DNA from: Mytilus californianus | Lineage: Eukaryota | Reading direction: 5' to 3' | Length of the DNA stretch: 64,000 bases | Assembly (NCBI RefSeq): GCF_021869535.1 | Contig: NW_026262668.1 | Span: 113,832,001-113,896,000 of the forward strand | The notes under the pieces: model-generated | Databases searched by the model: none | Told to the model about the DNA's origin: nothing | What the model saw: only the letters and a program-made list of their open reading frames with translations | Part shown: positions 61,651 through 64,000 of the stretch, piece after piece | Layout: each line of letters opens with the position of its first letter | Position numbering within the stretch: the first letter of the stretch is position 1 | Translations under genes and position numbers: made by a program

Positions 61651-63139
61651 TTGTAACAGCCATTATAAAGGAATGCCGCTTGTTTGTTGAAAAACACGTC
61701 CTCAAACGATATGTGTCGATAAAATAAATTTATAAACTTTCATCAACCGATTTGAATGGATGGGATTAGTGGAACTGAAGGTGTTGACCCTTCCGGAGAT
61801 GCTCATTTTTACACGGTTTTCGGTGGGGTTTATGGTAACTATGTTGGATGTTCTTTTTTCATTCTTAATCTTGGTCAAGGTGTTGTTTGACCTTCTTTAA
61901 CTTATGATTTTGTGTTGTGTTTTGTGAACGTTTTATCTTTTCGTCTTTGTTCAATTGGCCATGGAGTTGTCATTCTTATTTTTACTTTTAGTTTTTGAGC
62001 CCCCGGTACCTTCTTAATAAATGTATTAGATATATGTTAGAGCTGAAGAAAATTATTAGATTTTCCTTTAATTTTTCCACTCAGCGACAATTTCATTAAT
62101 GACAAATTCGCTTAAAATAGATTACAATCAGCTAGCTACAAACCATTTCTATTAAACTTTATTTTCAGTAATTTCAATTGGAAAGAATTAAGTATGTCAC
62201 ATGCTGAGGACCTTTAAAATGTTATCATAATGTAGAAATCTCGTACAACTTCTATTTCAAGAACCCAATGACAAAAAGCTTGTACTGTTAATTAAGACTG
62301 AAACACGCACGCTATAACATGGAGGAAAGGCTTTTACGCAACACTTTTTGCAAATAAAGTTTATGCACCTAAATATCATTTAGCATTACACAAAAATAAC
62401 AACCTAACTGAAAAGGGATCGCTACATGTTCTGTATTCTCTGCTGTGAAATTTAATTGAAAAAGTATGCTGAACTGCTCTCGATCATTCAGTATCATTTG
62501 TTTAATGCTTTCTAGCATTCCCTATCAATTATCTAAAATAGAGAAATTTCTGAATGTTTTTATGACTTCATTTAAACGTTGAACGGGTGATTGAAAATCA
62601 AACACCGATTAAAAACTCATACACCTTGTGTTACATTTCCTATTATCTCTGGCTTGTACAAGACTGGATATCTTACGCTAAGGTCTCAGATTTCCTGGTA
62701 TTGCACTCTTCCGAGAGAAATATTCTTAATTTCTCTCTCTGTTGCGTGTTAGCTGTCGTGTGATTTCTATAAACTGAGATATCCCTGTCTCGCTCAACTT
62801 CTAGTAGTCTAGACACATCTTACTCGCCTCTCTTGTGAAACTATTAAACTCCAAGCAAGAATGCAATGTAATCGTTTTCAAGAAAAATTTGCTATCATCT
62901 GGGAATCAGAAAAGCACAGTCAGTGAATGGACAAAGACTTGGATAAATACATCTGAAATATAGAAGATATTCAATTTCCAATAATAATGACGGCGTGTCG
63001 GATAGAACTGATGATAAAAAATGAGCATTGCACAAGATCATCTTTATACTAAATTCGTTAGAGGTGCACTTCTTGATATTTTGTGTCATGTCTTTTTGTT
63101 ATTTGTCTTTGTGCCAAGTATCGTTCCAATGAGTCAAAT

Positions 63140-63530
63140 TCTTTCCAACTGATTTTCATAGTTTGTTATTATGTTGTGTTGTTACCATTGTCCCAGGTCA
63201 GGGAAGGATTAAGCCTACAAGCATGTTAAACTCCCACTTTATATGCCTTTCCAAAGCCAACCCTGTATTAGTTGTCGTTGGTCGATGTCTATTATAATGG
63301 TTTTTTGTTCATCGGTGTAGTTTGTATCAGGCTGTTGGTTTTCTCTTTTGATTTGTTTCACATTTTTTCATACCGGGGCCTTTTAAAGCTTACTATACGG
63401 TATGGGTTTTTTCCTCATTATTGAAGTCCATACGGTGACCTGTAATTGTTCATACTTTGTGCTTCGGTCTACTTGGTCTTTATGAATATTGGTCTCAATG
63501 GCAATAATACCATATCTCCTTATTTTATAA
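63140..63530. repeat. Diverged copy of the dispersed repeat / PLE tail
   Basis: TGTCCCAGGTCAGGG, GGGGCCTTTT, CATACGGTGACCT and GGCAATAATACCATATCTCC match 37080-37435. Confidence 0.65.
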
Positions 63531-64000
63531 TACTTTGAAATAAAAAAAAACCAAACAAACAAATTAAGTCTTCTGCAGGATAAAAAAGCAGAGCAGAAAA
63601 TAAAATATAAGGAAGGAAAGTGAAATGAATCAGAAGAAAAGGGAAAACATAATGATGAGAGTTATTTAATAATTCATGCACTAAAAGTTGGTTTCAATGA
63701 AACGAACTGAAAATGATAATAATGTGCTTCAAAATCAAACCAAATACGTCTTGCATTCGGTACTTCTCGGTTTAATTGAGGTACATGAAATCACAGTGAT
63801 GACTTCATTAAGTCGAGCAGTACAGTAAAAGTCTGATACTAGTATTTGAAAAACGTAAAAGAAATTCAAATACTAACAACAGGTACAATATTTTTCCAAC
63901 TAGTTTAGCAATTGCTCTCTATAAAAATTGCCGAATTAAATTCTACATTTGTAAATTTGCAGCATCATATAGCTATATATTTTGTAGACCAGGCTTAGTC

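Noticed and set aside
62750-63089. Possible exon or ORF near the window end
   Set aside because: All frames are interrupted, there is no recognisable motif, and no partner exon was found.

Overview
AT-rich eukaryotic genomic DNA with GT-AG introns; gene content and repeat families point to a bivalve mollusc, probably a Mytilus-type mussel (inference). Five host genes can be reconstructed by hand: exon 1 of ACBD6 (minus strand, absent from the ORF track), head-to-head with an intronless TRIM gene (RING, two B-boxes, coiled coil, NHL-like propeller; 705 aa); two tandem 3-coding-exon GAPR-1/GLIPR2-like CAP genes (183 and 192 aa); and a complete 8-exon arylsulfatase B-like gene (487 aa). The rest is a dense, nested mobilome: Kolobok-type TTAA elements, MITEs, Helentron-type HINEs, a Tc1 relic, several Penelope-like RT fragments, a LINE and satellites. 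The most notable signals are: (1) about a dozen minimal hammerhead-ribozyme (retrozyme/PLE-type) motifs from at least three families, where the three copies with an intact core all lie antisense to the host genes; (2) a 5'-truncated LINE flanked by a ~630-bp direct repeat that behaves like a giant target-site duplication; (3) CAP paralogues lacking the conserved His, one with both an N-myristoylation motif and a C-terminal CCSCC tail; (4) a ~45-monomer, 60-66 bp satellite with emerging higher-order structure. All coordinates and counts were read by eye; no searches were run.
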